A DNA stretch of 64,000 nt from Mustelus asterias (Eukaryota): positions 868,001-932,000 of the forward strand of contig NW_027590144.1 of assembly GCF_964213995.1 (NCBI RefSeq), in the 5' to 3' direction. The notes beneath the pieces are model-generated. The model was given only the letters and a program-made list of their open reading frames with translations, was not told the DNA's origin and searched no databases. Positions 12,661-25,355 of the stretch are shown one piece after another (within the stretch, counting starts at the first letter, position 1; each line of letters starts with the position of its first letter). Both the position numbers and the translations under genes were made by a program.

Positions 12661-13473
12661 AAGTGGCAGATGGACTTCAACCCGGATAAGTGTGTAGTGA
12701 TCCATTTTGGCAGATCCAATGGGATGGAGCAGCAGTATAAAATGAAGGGTACCATTCTTAGCAGTGTAGAGGATCAGAAGGACCTTGGGGTCCGGGTCCA
12801 TAGGACTCTTAAATCGGCCTCGCAGGTGGAGGATGCGGTCAAGAAGGCGTATGGCGTACTAGCCTTCATTAATCGAGGGATTGAGTTTAGGAGTCGGGAG
12901 ATAATGCTGCAGCTTTATAGGACCCTGGTTAGACCCCACTTGGAGTACTGCGCGCAGTTCTGGTCACCTCATTACAGGAAAGATGTTGAAGCCATTGAAA
13001 GGGTGCAGAGGAGATTTACAAGGATGTTGCCTGGATTGGGGGGCATGCCTTATGAGGATAGGTTGAGGGAGCTTGGTCTCTTCTCCCTGGAGAGACGAAG
13101 GATGAGAGGTGACCTGATAGAGGTTTACAAGATGTTGAGGGGTCTGGATAGGGTGGACTCTCAGAGGCTATTTCCAAGGGCTGAAATGGTTGCTACGAGA
13201 GGACACAGGTTTAAGGTGCTGGGGGGTAGGTACAGGGGGGATGTCAGGGGTAAGTTTTTCACTCAGAGGGTGGTGGGTGAGTGGAATCGGCTGACGTCGG
13301 TGGTGGTGGAGGCAAACTCGTTGGGGTCTTTTAAGAGACTTCTGGATGAGTACATGGGATTTAATGGGATTGAGGGCTATAGATAGGCCTAGAGGTGGGG
13401 ATGTGATCGGCGCAACTTGTGGGCCGAAGGGCCTGTTTGTGCTGTGACTTTCTATGTTCTATATATGTTCTAT
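12661..13473 (+). mobile_element. Young CR1 LINE 3' fragment
   Basis: Uninterrupted ORF 12670-13386 (LVRPHLEYCAQFWSP) followed by a ttctatg tail. Confidence 0.93.
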
Positions 13474-13548
13474 GAATAGATTGACAATAACACAATCCTC
13501 TTTCATTCCACTCATCTCCTGCTGCAGTGAGCGCACAAACACAGTGAG

Positions 13549-13567
13549 GGCGCTCCCTCTTGTGGCG
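13549..13567 (-). promoter_or_regulatory. Candidate CTCF-binding motif
   Basis: Reverse complement gccacaagagggagcgcc resembles the CTCF core CCACnAGrGGGCGC. Confidence 0.35.
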
Positions 13568-13749
13568 ATGTGAGGTAAATGGTCTCTGTCTGGGAGATCA
13601 CTGAATCCTCAGATTACTGAAGGATCATGTTGAAACATAGAAAAGCTGGAGGATTGTGCTGCTGTATTTTCTTATTCCTATTATATTTATTGTAATGTCG
13701 ACGAAACTATTCACAGAATTGATACCAATCTCAGAAACAGCTGCAAGTG

Positions 13750-14040
13750 AACTCGCGCACACACACACATTCACAGACATCCACTCTCAGACAGACCCAG
13801 GCAAACTCGCACACACACGCAAGCACATTCACAGATATACAATCTCAGGCAAACACAGGCAAACTTGCACACACACATTCGAAGAAATACACTTTCAGAC
13901 AGACACAGGCAAACGCGTAGACATCCACAAACACACTTGCAATCACAGACATGCAGACAATGTAAAACACTGAGACGTACACAAATGCACCTACACACTC
14001 AAATGCAAACACTATCACACACACACTCCCAAACACAGCG
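13750..14040. repeat. Degenerate (CA)n-rich low-complexity tract
   Basis: Interrupted CA repeats, which produce spurious C/V-rich and H/T-rich ORFs. Confidence 0.85.
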
Positions 14041-14569
14041 AGAGACTGAGATCATGCACGGTTGATGCCAATTTCAGTCTAAATAACCTGCTGGGCACTA
14101 AAATAATAACAGAAGCAAATCTAAAGCTCGGTGTGTGGGTCTTATTGCGAAATGAGAAACTATATCAATATACCCCCATAGCTCAGAGTGGGAGTGGAAT
14201 TGATGATTTGTCGGCTGTCTGTGATCTGCCTGAACAAATCTTAAATTTGAGAGGTTATAAAGTTTGAATTCTAGCTTGTATAAAGCAGAGACAAGATGAT
14301 GTTGAAAATAATCAGAATGACTGCCATTATCTGTCGAATTGGAAAAATATGTTCACGTGACCTTTCACCTGAACTGAAAAAACATAGAGCAGTTTTAAGG
14401 AAGTACCAAGGCGTAGAAACACTGCAAAGGGTACAGAACAAAATGATAGGATGGCACGGTTAGGATAGGATGGCAGGCAGAAACACTAAATAAAAAAGCA
14501 ACAGTGGTACATGTTGGATGTAAAAATGTGGAAATGGAATAAGAGCTACTGTGTATCATCTGAAATATA

Positions 14570-14830
14570 AAACATACACACAAGCATATACACAAACACG
14601 GACACACATCATGCACACATACACACAAACGCACGCACAAATACACGCACATAAAGACACACAAAACGAAGGCGCATGCACAAACATACACAAGTACAAG
14701 CACACACACAAATGTACACAAACAAATGTACACACACACACGCGCGTGCACACACACAAAGACATGCAAGCAGACACAACCATATGCAACAATACTGAAA
14801 ATCATCGCACAAACGCACACACAAATTCAC
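14570..14830. repeat. Degenerate (CA)n-rich low-complexity tract
   Basis: Interrupted CA repeats. Confidence 0.85.
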
Positions 14831-15719
14831 GTTGCAAAGTTGGAGATGGGGTGCGGCAAGATTACAATCTATCATTGCTGAAATCAGCATTGATTCCCTG
14901 ATTTTTGGCGACGCACTGACATTTATCCTTATGTTCGGTTACAACATTTGGGAGCAGAGAGCAGCGAAAGGCATTGTGAATTCTGTTGGGTCAGTTTTTA
15001 TAATGATATTTCAATTGTTTTCCGAAAGTCGATTTTTCATTGACATCATGCTGGAAAGTTTACACAGAACCCCTCTGTGTGAAAAACATCCATGTTCACT
15101 CTATAAAACAAAGTTTTCAAATCAGAAACAAAACCTCTCAGGCAGAGCAGTTCAGTCCGTGCAATGAACTTTTAATTAGGTGTGAAAATATGCTGAAGTA
15201 TTTGGATGGCAGTCTAAAAACAGAATTAGGGTCTCATCTGATGACAGAGTCCTACCAAGAATGAAGGAGTAGTCATTCTCATTTCTAACTATCTGTGAAC
15301 TTTAATTCACAGAGAACCACCATCAGTTTTCTCAGCTGAAGGGAGATTTACTAAAAGTGTTCAAATCCATCATGTATTTCGATGGTGTAAACAAGGAACA
15401 AACGTTTCTAATAGCAGGAGGCCCTTTAAACTGAAAACAATGATTTGAGGCGACTGGAAAAATCAAAAATGGCATGACAGTGAGTTGTGAATTCGAACGC
15501 GCTGCGTGAAAGGGCGCTGGCAGCAGCTACAAAAATATCTTTCAAAAGAGGAGCTGGTACATGGTTGCAGGGGTGTTTGTTTAGAGGGCTCTGGGGAAAG
15601 AAGAGGAGAAGGAGATTAATTGAATTTCTCCACCAATCAATCTAAGAATGTATGGCGAGCCGATTTGCCATTTTCTGTTGTATTTCATTTAACAATTCCC
15701 TCCCCTCTCTTCTTATTGT

Positions 15720-17385
15720 ACATAGAACATAGAACAGTACAGCACAGAACAGGCCCTTCGGCCCACGATGTTGTGCCGAGCTTTATCTGAAACCAAGATC
15801 AAGCCATCCCACTCCCTATCATCCTGGTGTGCTCCATGTGCCGATGCAATAGCCGCTTAAATGTTCCGAAAGTGTCTGACTCCAATATATCTACAGGCAG
15901 TCCATTCCACACCCCAACCACTCTCTGCGTAAAGAACCTACCTCTGATATCATGAACCCTATAGTTATGCCTCCTTGTAATAGCTCCATCCAGCCGAGGA
16001 AATAGTCTTTGAACGTTCACTCTATCTGTCCCTTCATCATTTTATAAACCTCTATTAAGTCTCCCCTCAGCCTCCTCCGCTCCAGAGAGAACAGCCCTAG
16101 CTCCCTCAACCTTTCCTCATAAGACCTACCCTCCAAACCAGGCAGCATCCTGGTAAATCTCCTCTGCACTCTTTCCAGCGCTTCCACATCCTTCTTATAG
16201 TGAGGTGACCAGAACTGCACACAATATTCCAAATGTGGTCTCACCAAGGTCCTGTACAGTTGCAGCATAACCCCACGGTTCTTAAACTCCAACCCCCTGT
16301 TGATAAAAGCTAACACACTATAGGCCTTCTTCACAGCTCGATCTACTTGAGTGGCAACTTTTAGAGATCTGTGGATATGGACCCCAAGATCTCTCTGTTC
16401 CTCCACAGTCATCAGAACCCTACCTTTGACCCTGTAATCCACATGTAAATTAGTCCTACCAAAATGAATCACCTCACATTTATCAGGGTTAAACTCCATT
16501 TGCCATTTTTCAGCCCAGCTTTGCATCCTATCTATGTTGCACTTTGGAAGGACAAACCAAAGAAGAACGTACAGGGTAAATGGTAGGACTCTGAAGAGTG
16601 CAGTTGAACAGAGGGATCTGGGAATACAGGTACAGAGTTCCCTAAAAGTGACGTCACAGGTGGATAGGGTCGTAAAGAGTGCCTTTGGTACATTGGCATT
16701 TATAAATCGGAGTATCGAGTATAAAAGTTGGAGTGTTATGGTAAGGTTGTATAAGGCATTGGTGAGGCCGAATTTGGAGTATTGTGTACAGTTTTGGTCA
16801 CCTAGTTACAGGAAGGATGTAAATAAGATTGAAAGAGTGCAGAGAAGGTTCACAAGGATGTTGCCGGGACTTGAGAAGCTGAGTTACAGAGAGAGATTGA
16901 ATAGGTTGGGACTTTATTCCCTGGAGCGGAGAAGATTGAGGGGAGATTTGATAGAGGTGTATAAGATTTTGATGGGTATAGATAGAGTGAATGCGAGCAG
17001 GCTTTTTCCGCTGAGGCTAGGGGAGAAAAAAACCAGAGGGCATGGGTTAAGGGTGAAAGGAGAAAAGTTTAAAGGGAATATTAGGGGGGGCTTCTTCACG
17101 CAGAGAGTGGTGGGAGTGTGGAATGAGCTGTCGGATAAAGTGGTAAATGCGGGGTCACTTTTAACATTTAAGAAAAACTTGGACGGGTTCATGGATGAGA
17201 GGGGTGTGGAGGGATATGGTCCAAGTGCAGGTCAGTGGGACTAGGCATAAAATGGTTCGGCGCAGACAAGAAGGGCCAAAAGGCCTGTTTCTGAGCTGTA
17301 ATTTTCTATGGTTCTATGGTTCTTTCTATGTCTCTTTGCAGCCTACAACAGCCCTCCACCTCATCCACTACTCCACCAGTCTTGT
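15720..17385 (-). mobile_element. CR1 LINE 3' fragment (outer element; pieces 15720-16537 and 17325-17385)
   Basis: ORFs 16017-16526 and 15799-16020. The sequence resumes after the nested insertion as in the paralog at 34561-34620. Confidence 0.9.
16534..17330 (+). mobile_element. CR1 LINE 3' fragment of a different subfamily, nested in opposite orientation
   Basis: Intact ORF 16534-17244 and (ttctatgg)n tail. tctatgt is duplicated at 16531-16537 and 17325-17331. Confidence 0.92.
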
Positions 17386-17409
17386 AGATCGAAGCTACAT
17401 CATGGAATC

Positions 17410-18000
17410 AAGAAACATAAGAACATAAGAAATAGGAGCAGGAGTAGGCCATCTAGCCCCTCGAGCCTGCCCCGCCATTCAATAAGATCATGGCTGATCT
17501 GAAATTGATCAGTTCCACTTACCCGCCTGATCCCTATAACACCTAATTCCCTTACCGATCAGGAATCCATCTATCCGTGATTTAAATATATTCAACGAGG
17601 TAGCCTCCACCACTTCAGTGGGCAGAGAATTCCAGAGATTCACCACCCTCTGAGAGAAGAAGTTCCTCCTCAACTCTGTCCTAAACTGACCCCCCCTTTA
17701 TTTTGAGGCTGTGTCCTCTCGATCTAGCTTCCTTTCTAAGTGGAAAGAATCTCTCCACCTCTACTCTATCCAACCCCTTCATTATCTTATAGGTTTCTAT
17801 AAGATCCCCCCTCAGCCTTCTAAATTCCAATGAGTACAAACCCAATCTGCTCAGTCTCTCCTCATGATCAACACCCCTCATCTCTGGTATCAAGCTGGTG
17901 AACCTTCTCTGCACTCCCTCCAAGGCCAATATATCCTTCTGCAAGTAAGGGGACCAATACTGCACACAGTATTCCAGCTGCGGCCTCACCAATGCCCTGC
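17410..18000 (-). mobile_element. CR1 LINE 3' fragment, same subfamily as 103-1498
   Basis: Highly similar to 105-680; ORF 17681-17992. Confidence 0.9.
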
Positions 18001-20150
18001 GTCCTCCTCTTCTTACCTGCCATTTTCCTTCGTTGTCCTATTGCTCTTTCTATATTTATTGAAGATCCTTAAATTTAATTGTTTTATTTTTCATCCCCAC
18101 TGCTTTTTTCCTTTTTTTTATTACCCTTGCACTTATTTTAATAAGATGGCACTGACAGATGAATTGCAATTTCTTCATAGATAAGGATCTCCTGTGAATT
18201 TGAGCGGAACTTGCGCAATTCGGTTTTACATCATCCAGGTGATTGCAGGTTCCAGGTGGTCTAGTTCCCAGGTTTGTAATCTGTTGTCAAAGGACCCATG
18301 GCAAGTTGCTGCAATGTAGATAATACACGCTGTATGCGATGTGGAGAAAGAGAATGCAAAATCTGTGGATGGGGTGCCAAACATCAAGGCTTCTTTTACC
18401 CTGGATTGGGTCTTGCTTCATGATTGCTGTTGGAGATGCGCTCGTCCAAGGAAGTGAGCAGTGTGTCCATCACACATTTTGCATGCTAGATTGGGGAGTG
18501 GCTTCATGGGAATCAGGATGCGCATCGCTCCGAGAGAGCAATCTTTCTATGTAATTCGACGTTAAAGGTAAATTGTGGATTTATACGGCTCTTCGCAATA
18601 CCGGTTGACATTTCAAAATATTTTACAGCCAATAATTTATTGTAAGTGCACTCGCTATTATAACAGAGAAAGTACACACGGAAAAGTAACACAAACAGCA
18701 ATGTGGCAATGATTACAGAATCTGTTTATGTGATGTTGATTTTGGGATAAACATTGACCTGGACACCAGGGAAAACTCCACTACCCCTTGTATATTTTAT
18801 TTATAATGCACGATTACAATCTGCATAATCACATTATATGACAATTCAAAGTTAGTATCACAAAAATTGCAGTAAAATTGAACTGTTTTTCAATACATTA
18901 CAAAACTATCTGAGGTGTCTTTTATTTACCGTTAAGACTTACATTTACTTTTTTTTGTCAAACGCTCTCTGATTCATTCTCTGTCCACTTCCTGTGATAC
19001 TTGAATTGAAAACTCGTTTGAAGACAGGCAGGAATTCAGAGAGACACACGATCTATTCATCCAAATTCAAGAAGAAACGATTGAAAAGAATGGGGTAAAA
19101 AGCCAGGAAGGATCCATTTGCATAGTGCTCACACTGCTATCTGTGAATTAAGAGATAGAGGGTTCATACCATGACACTGACTACAGACAGGAATCAAGGG
19201 TCCAAATTCTGCTTGGACATCTAGTGAGCTACTCAGCTATGGAAGTCCCCTGACCTCTTCCTGTGTCTCCCAATAATGCCCTATCTCCCGCAACCAACAA
19301 TTATTTCCGTAATCATTCACTGCCCCCTCTCCCACTGCAACTTCCATTCCATTTCTGACTCTCCCATTCCCCTCTCTCCATTATTCCGTCTGCCTCTCCG
19401 ACTCACTCTCTCCCTTCCTCTTTCAAGATCCCTTTCTGCTTTTCTCAAGCCCTGTCATGGGCTCTGATGAATAGGAGCAGGAAAGGGTTAAGTGCCGCCT
19501 CAGAACTGCTCTGTCATTACCTCTTGAACATCCTTGAGTAAATGCACCTTTCCTTAAGAGCACTGACGGAAACTGAACTCTTTTCTCCAAACGTGGCCCG
19601 ACCAAAGTCTTCTTCCATTGCAGCAATTCAACCATTCTCGTGTCGCTCAACTACTTTGGAATGAAGGTCAAAATTGTATTTGCCTTCTGGATTGCTGTCT
19701 CCACCTGTAGGTTACATGTGTACACAAGGACGGTGAGAGATGTCTGCACACCAACATATAATTGATTCTCACCATTTAAGTGTATTATTTTACTTTTCTC
19801 TATTTTTCTCGCCAATGTGAATAACCTCTTAATTTTCCTCAGTATATTCCTGTCGATCATTTTTTTGCAAAAACGCTCATGTTCCCCTATCCATTTGCAG
19901 CCTCTGTGTGTCTCGCCTTGCTTTGTATCAACGCTAAATGTACATTATCAGAAAAGAATGGCGAAGTTAAATCGATTCCTTCTCTTTATTAATAGCATCC
20001 TATTGGATCACAGCGTTTCAGGAACGGTTTCTTTCCCAACCCGGGACTGTAAATCCGGATCCATTCCCTTTTATAAGGACAGTAATTGCATTCAGTGTCA
20101 GGGTGTTGTTAGTAACTGCCTGCGACCTCACGATATGTCAATCTGGGGAC

Positions 20151-20200
20151 ACAGGAAGTGAGCTGAGAACATGCTGAAACACGACAGCAGATTATAGAAG
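20151..20200 (+). promoter_or_regulatory. Candidate V-gene promoter elements (ETS site, TATA-like)
   Basis: ACAGGAAGTG at 20151-20160 and attatag at ~20191, about 70-110 bp upstream of the leader ATG. Confidence 0.35.
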
Positions 20201-20262
20201 GCGAGGTTTACAAAGGGTATCTTCAAATATCGAGCAGCCCTTTTACAGAGCGGGAAGATAGA

Positions 20263-20720
20263 ATGCGACTACTCAGCATCTGGGTTGTGTGGGGGGCATT
20301 CCTGACAGGTAACGATGGAGGAAAGACATTTCGTCCTTTCTCTAGTTTCCCAGCCATGTGATAAATCAGAATTTGATCAGCTGCCGATCGTAACTTTTCT
20401 GTTCTTCTTTCAGATGGGGCTCATGCAGACACTGTCACTCAGTCGCTCTCATCAGATGCAAAGACAGAAGGAGAAATGGTGACTTTAAACTGTAGCTATG
20501 TGACTGCAATGAACGGCTATACGTTATCTTGGTACCGACAGTATCCAGAGACACAGCCCGAGTTTGTACTGCTGAAGGACACGAATAATTATGAAGAGAA
20601 CGCAGATTTTGCTGAAACACGTTTTTCCGTGGAGCTCCAGATCTCGACTAAATTCACCAGTTTGACTATCTCAAGTTTGCAGCTGACAGACACTGCCACA
20701 TATTACTGCGCTCTCAGCCT
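20263..20720 (+). CDS. TRAV: T-cell receptor alpha/delta-type variable gene segment (leader exon 20263-20308, V exon 20414-20720), open frame
   Basis: Leader MRLLSIWVVWGAFLT, phase-1 gt..cag intron, then DGAHADTVTQS...VTLNCSY...LSWYRQYP...RFSVELQ...SLTISSLQLTDTATYYCALS. The conserved Cys, Trp and YYC are present. Confidence 0.9.
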
Positions 20721-20759
20721 CACAATGCTACAAAGCAGTCTCGCCCCTGTACAAAAACT
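20721..20759 (+). other. 23-bp-spacer recombination signal sequence (RSS)
   Basis: Heptamer CACAATG 20721-20727, exactly 23-nt spacer, nonamer ACAAAAACT 20751-20759. Confidence 0.92.
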
Positions 20760-21217
20760 GCGTGTGGGAGCTCCTGTCTGTTGGGGGTTGTGTGGAATCT
20801 GGGACAGATGCAGCCACAATGAGCAGCACCGTTCTCAGCCGCTCAAACACACAATGCAATTAAGCCACATGAACCTCGAAACAAACTGACTCACAACTGT
20901 TTCCTGGAGCGACATAGAAAATGGAATAAACTGTAGAATCGAATTGGACAGACGGACACAGACCAGAATCATACCTGAATCTATCTAATCCTGGGTCTTA
21001 GAACTACTGTGGTGCAAGTCTTCCCTGTAGTAAATTGCATGCCAGTGAATGGAAACGCCCAGAACTGGACTGATCTGTTGTTCCGATAGGGGAAATTCAT
21101 TGAGGTGTTTGAGATTGAGACTGAAAGACAGTTTTGTCGATGATCACCATTAAATCAAGAACTAATTGAGAACGAATATATTCCAGAATGAGGGAGACGT
21201 TTTGAATCAAAATAGAT

Positions 21218-21522
21218 TCTCACTCACTGTCCTGGCTGGCTACAATTCACACCTCTTTAAGCTGTGCTTAGCCCTCTCTCCACTCACATTTTTTGCATCT
21301 GTAAAGAATTGATTACCTGTTAAGACTCGCATTCCAACCATTATCGTGTAATTGAGTTTGCGTCTACATATGCTCTGCCTGTGAAGCAAATCCTGCATTC
21401 ACCTGATGAAGGGGCAGTGCTCCGAAAGCTCGTGCTACCAAATAAACCTGTTTGACTTTAGCCTGGTGTTGTGAGACTACTTACTATGCCTACCCCATTT
21501 CAACGCCGGCAACTCCACATCA
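21218..21522 (+). mobile_element. Penelope-like pseudo-LTR insertion with 15-bp TSD
   Basis: tgaatcaaaatagat occurs at 21203-21217 and 21523-21537. Homologous to 1499-1727 and 43100-43389. Confidence 0.8.
21400..21434 (+). ncRNA. Minimal type I hammerhead ribozyme motif within the Penelope terminus
   Basis: CAC-CUGAUGA-A-GGGGC-AGU-GCUCC-GAA-AGCU-C-GUG: conserved core, paired stem II, palindromic AGCU in place of helix III. Confidence 0.65.
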
Positions 21523-21669
21523 TGAATCAAAATAGATATAGGAACGGTCTATTTTTGAGATTGGTTTCGTCACTACCCTGCAAAATATGCTCCTTGTAAC
21601 TTAACTGATTCTGACCAAAAGCTGAGTCCAATTGAATATATGGTATTATACCGCGCTCATAGGGTCCAG

Positions 21670-22715
21670 GAAACTAACAGGGGTGATAGGAGAAAGAGGG
21701 TGATGACAGAAGGCTGCCATTTTGGCTGGAAGCCCGTGTCCCGTGGTGTACCACAGGGATTAGTGCTGGGTCCCCTATTATTCAGCATTTATATAAATTA
21801 CATAGATGACTCTGTGCGGGTAGGATTAGTATCTTGCGAATAGACATTTAAAAATAAACTTGTTTTGGGTGCCTGCGATACCTGCAATCTTCTTAGTCCG
21901 CTTCAGGAGTGATATATCATGGGACAGAAACAACCAAGAACATCCCTGTTTGTGACTTGTAGGGCGTTGGGGAGAGTCACAAAACAAAGCGATCTTGAGG
22001 TACATGTTCATAGCTCCTTGAAAGTGGAGTCACAGGTGGACAGAGTGGTGAAGAAGGCATTCGGCATGCTTGGTTTCATCGGTCAGAACATTGAATTCAG
22101 GAGTTGGGACGTCTTGTTAAAGTTGTACAAGACATTGGTAAGGCCACACTTGGAATATGGTGTGCAATTCTGGTCACCCTATTATAGAAAGGATATTATT
22201 AAACTAGAAAGAGTGCAGAAAAGATTTATTAGGATGCTACCGGGACTTGATGGATTGAGTTATAAGGAGAGGCTGAATAGACTGGGACTTTTTTCTCTGG
22301 AGCGTAGGAGGCTGAGGGGTGACCTTATAGAGGCCTATAAAATAATGAGGGGCATAGACAAGGTCGATAGTCAATATATTTTCCCAAAGGTAGGGGATTC
22401 TAAAACTAGATGGCATAGGTTTAAGGTGAGAGGGGCGAGATACAAAAGTGTCCAGAGGGGCAACTTTTTCACACAGAGGGTGGTGAGTGTCTGGAACAAG
22501 CTGCCAGAGGTAGTAGTAGAGGCGGGTAAAATTTTGTCTTTTAAAAAGCATTTAGATAGTTACATGGGTACGATGTGTATAGAGGGATATGGGCCAAATG
22601 CGGGCAACTGGGATTAGCTTAGGGGTTTAAAAAAAAATAAGGGCGGCATGGACAAGTTGGGCCGAAGGGCCTGTTTCCATGCTGTAAACCTCTATGACTT
22701 TATGACTCTATGACT
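21670..22715 (+). mobile_element. CR1 LINE fragments (old piece ~21670-21840, younger 3' piece ~21960-22715)
   Basis: GVPQGLVLGPLLF; ORF 21919-22617; (ctatgact)n tail. Confidence 0.88.
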
Positions 22716-23199
22716 TGAAACAAGCAGTCAGCAAAAAAAACTCAACGCTTTAACTCCAAGGCGAATTTCATGATTTCATCAGAAATGAAACGGTTGGAAT
22801 GGTAGATAGCTGTTTTTCTTTTTGAATTATTTCTGGACCTGATTGCTGAAAAACGATAATCAAAGGTGCTTATGAAGTGTTGTTTATCAAATAATTTGTA
22901 TGCTGAAGTTACCACTGGATTGACTGAGGAAGTTGTCTTAGACAGAAATGTGCACTCTTCATCACTGCACTGTGAAAGGAGGTTTTGTAGTAAGGCTTCC
23001 ACTTTATAAGGGTAAGACGCAGGTTGCAAGAAGTCATGATGCGAACAAAAAATAAATGCAATTGTAGGTTGGAGGAACAGTTTCCACGTCATTAATCCAC
23101 ATGGAATATTTTGGTCTGAAAGAAGCCCCAACATGTCCTGGATGAGTGAGAATACGTTCTTCCAGGCTTCGGTCAGGTAAAGTGTATTGGTCTACAAGA

Positions 23200-23630
23200 A
23201 TATATGGCAGGGATTCAATTGGGCAGATAGATGGCAGATGGAATTTAAGTCTGAAAACTGTGAGACGATGCACTTTGCCAGGATCAATTTGACAAAGAGA
23301 CTTTCAATGATTGGCATGACACTTGGAAGTTTTGTTCAACAAAGGAACTTTGGCGTGTTTGCCCGCAGGTCTCTGAAGACGGACGGAAATATTAGTAGGA
23401 AAAATCATTTGGGAAACTTGACTTCATCAATCGAGGCATTAATTACAAAAGGAGGGAGGTCATGTTGGAGTTGTATGGAACTATCGTGAGGCCACAGCTA
23501 GAGGGCTGTGTGCAGTTCTGGATGCCACATAATTGGACGGATGCGATTGCACTGGATGGGGTTGCAGAGGAGAGTCAGCAGATTGCTACCTGGGATGGAA
23601 CATCTAAGTTATGAACTGAGTTTGGATGTA
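23200..23630 (+). mobile_element. Degenerate CR1 fragment
   Basis: WADRWQMEFKSENCETMHF and a gtgcagttctgg remnant. Confidence 0.75.
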
Positions 23631-23689
23631 GGGTGAGGGACGACTGTATAATTTCACTTCGTTGCTGAACATTATCAGAATATCATCTT

Positions 23690-24640
23690 TAGAACATAGA
23701 AAAGCAACAGCACAAACAGGCCCTGCGGCCCACAAGTTGTGCTGAACATGTCCCTACCTACTCAGCTTACTTATAACCCTCTATCTTACTAACTTCCATG
23801 AACTTATCCAAAAGTCTCTTAAAAGACCCTATCGAATCCGCCTCCATCATCACTACCGGCAGCCAATTCCGCGCATCCACCATCCTCTGAGTCAAAAACT
23901 TACCCCTAACATCTCCTCTGCACCTACTCCCCAGCACCCTAAACCTGTGACCTCTTGTGGCAACCATTTCAGCCCTGGGTAAAAGCCTCTGAGAATCCAC
24001 TCTATCAATACCTCTCAACATCTTATACACCTCTATCAGGTCACCTCCCACCCTTCGCTTCTCCAAGGAGAAAAGACCTCGCTCTCTCAACCTATCCTCA
24101 GAAGGCATGCCATCGAATCCAGGCAACATCCTTGTAAATCTCCTCTGCACCCTTTCTTATGGCGTCCACATCCTTTCTGTAATGAGGCGACCAGAACTGG
24201 GCACAGTACTCCAGGTGGGGTCTGACCAGGGTCCTATACAGCTGCAGCATTATCTCCCGATTTCTAAACTCAATTCCTCTATTGATGAAGGCCAGTATTC
24301 CACACGCCTTCTGAACCACAGCCTCGCCCTGCGACGCTGCTTTGAGCGCCCTATGAAGCCGGACCCCAAGATCCTTCTGATCTTCCACACTGCCAAGCGT
24401 CTTACCCTTAATATTATATTCTTTCATCCTATTCGACCTGACAAAATGAACCACCAGACACTTATCTGGGTTGAAGTCCATCTGCCACTTCTCCGCCCAG
24501 TCTTGCATTTTATCTATGTCTCGTTGCAACTGTTGACATCCCTCTACACTATCCACAACACCACCAACCTTTGTGTCATCAGCAAACTTGCCAAGCCATC
24601 CTTCCACTTCCTCATCCAGTTCATTTATAAAAATCACAAA
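23690..24640 (-). mobile_element. CR1 LINE 3' fragment
   Basis: ORFs 24098-24637 (KFADD) and 23767-24150; tail near 23690. Confidence 0.9.
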
Positions 24641-25282
24641 GAGATCTTTGCTCTGACCTCAACCTCAAATTCTTTCTTCAAAATCAGAAATGCTGACTTT
24701 TATGACGCAATGAAAAGAAAGATGACGTGCACATATTAACATCTCGTTCAGTCTACAACAGAATTTAATGGGTTTATAGATGCAGACTAAATGATTTAAT
24801 CACCGTCTGAACAATGTCTAATAGTAGTTTGTGCTCAAAAAGACACACAAGTAATTCTGTAACTGAGCCAAGAGAGAATGGCACGCATTTCCCAGAAACA
24901 TATTTTCAAAAATCGTTCTTCATAATAAAGAAGTAGAAAACAAACACTGAGGCAGATGAGGAAATCGAGACATTGCGGATCTACTGGATTTTCCTGTAGA
25001 TGGACGGAATTGAGGAGCCTGAATGTGTCACACTCATAATAAAAAAGAATTAAGTATGGCTAACAAATAATTATTCAATCTTTTCCGTTTAAAAATAGTT
25101 GATATTGTTTAAAAGCTTACTGTAGTCAATCTCAAATAAGCACCACGGGATCTGTATTACCCGGTGACTCCATTCATTTTGTTGATCTGTTATGTTTGCA
25201 ATTTAGTGTTATTGGAACCTGCAGCAACACAGCGCTGTTGATCATTGCAGACAGGCCGATTGGATGCAATGCGCTCTTAGCT

Positions 25283-25355
25283 GTTTCTGTAGTGCAGTGG
25301 TTATCACGTTTCCCTCACACGCAAGCGGCCCTCCTCCCGAAACCGGGCAGGAACA
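25283..25355 (+). pseudogene. tRNA-Val(CAC) pseudogene
   Basis: Aligns to vertebrate tRNA-Val; B-box/T-arm destroyed. Confidence 0.8.

Noticed and set aside
13656-14901. Cys/Val-rich and His/Thr-rich ORFs
   Set aside because: They are translations of degenerate (CA)n/(TG)n tracts.
19000-19650. Possible second Ig/V remnant (LTLSCSYSS on the minus strand; octamer ATTTGCAT at 19116-19123)
   Set aside because: No WYxQ, YYC or RSS in a consistent frame; compatible with chance.
22960-23190. Ig-like fragment (MWINDVETVPPTYNC) and a CACAGTG on the minus strand
   Set aside because: No nonamer at 12 or 23 bp and no other V hallmarks.
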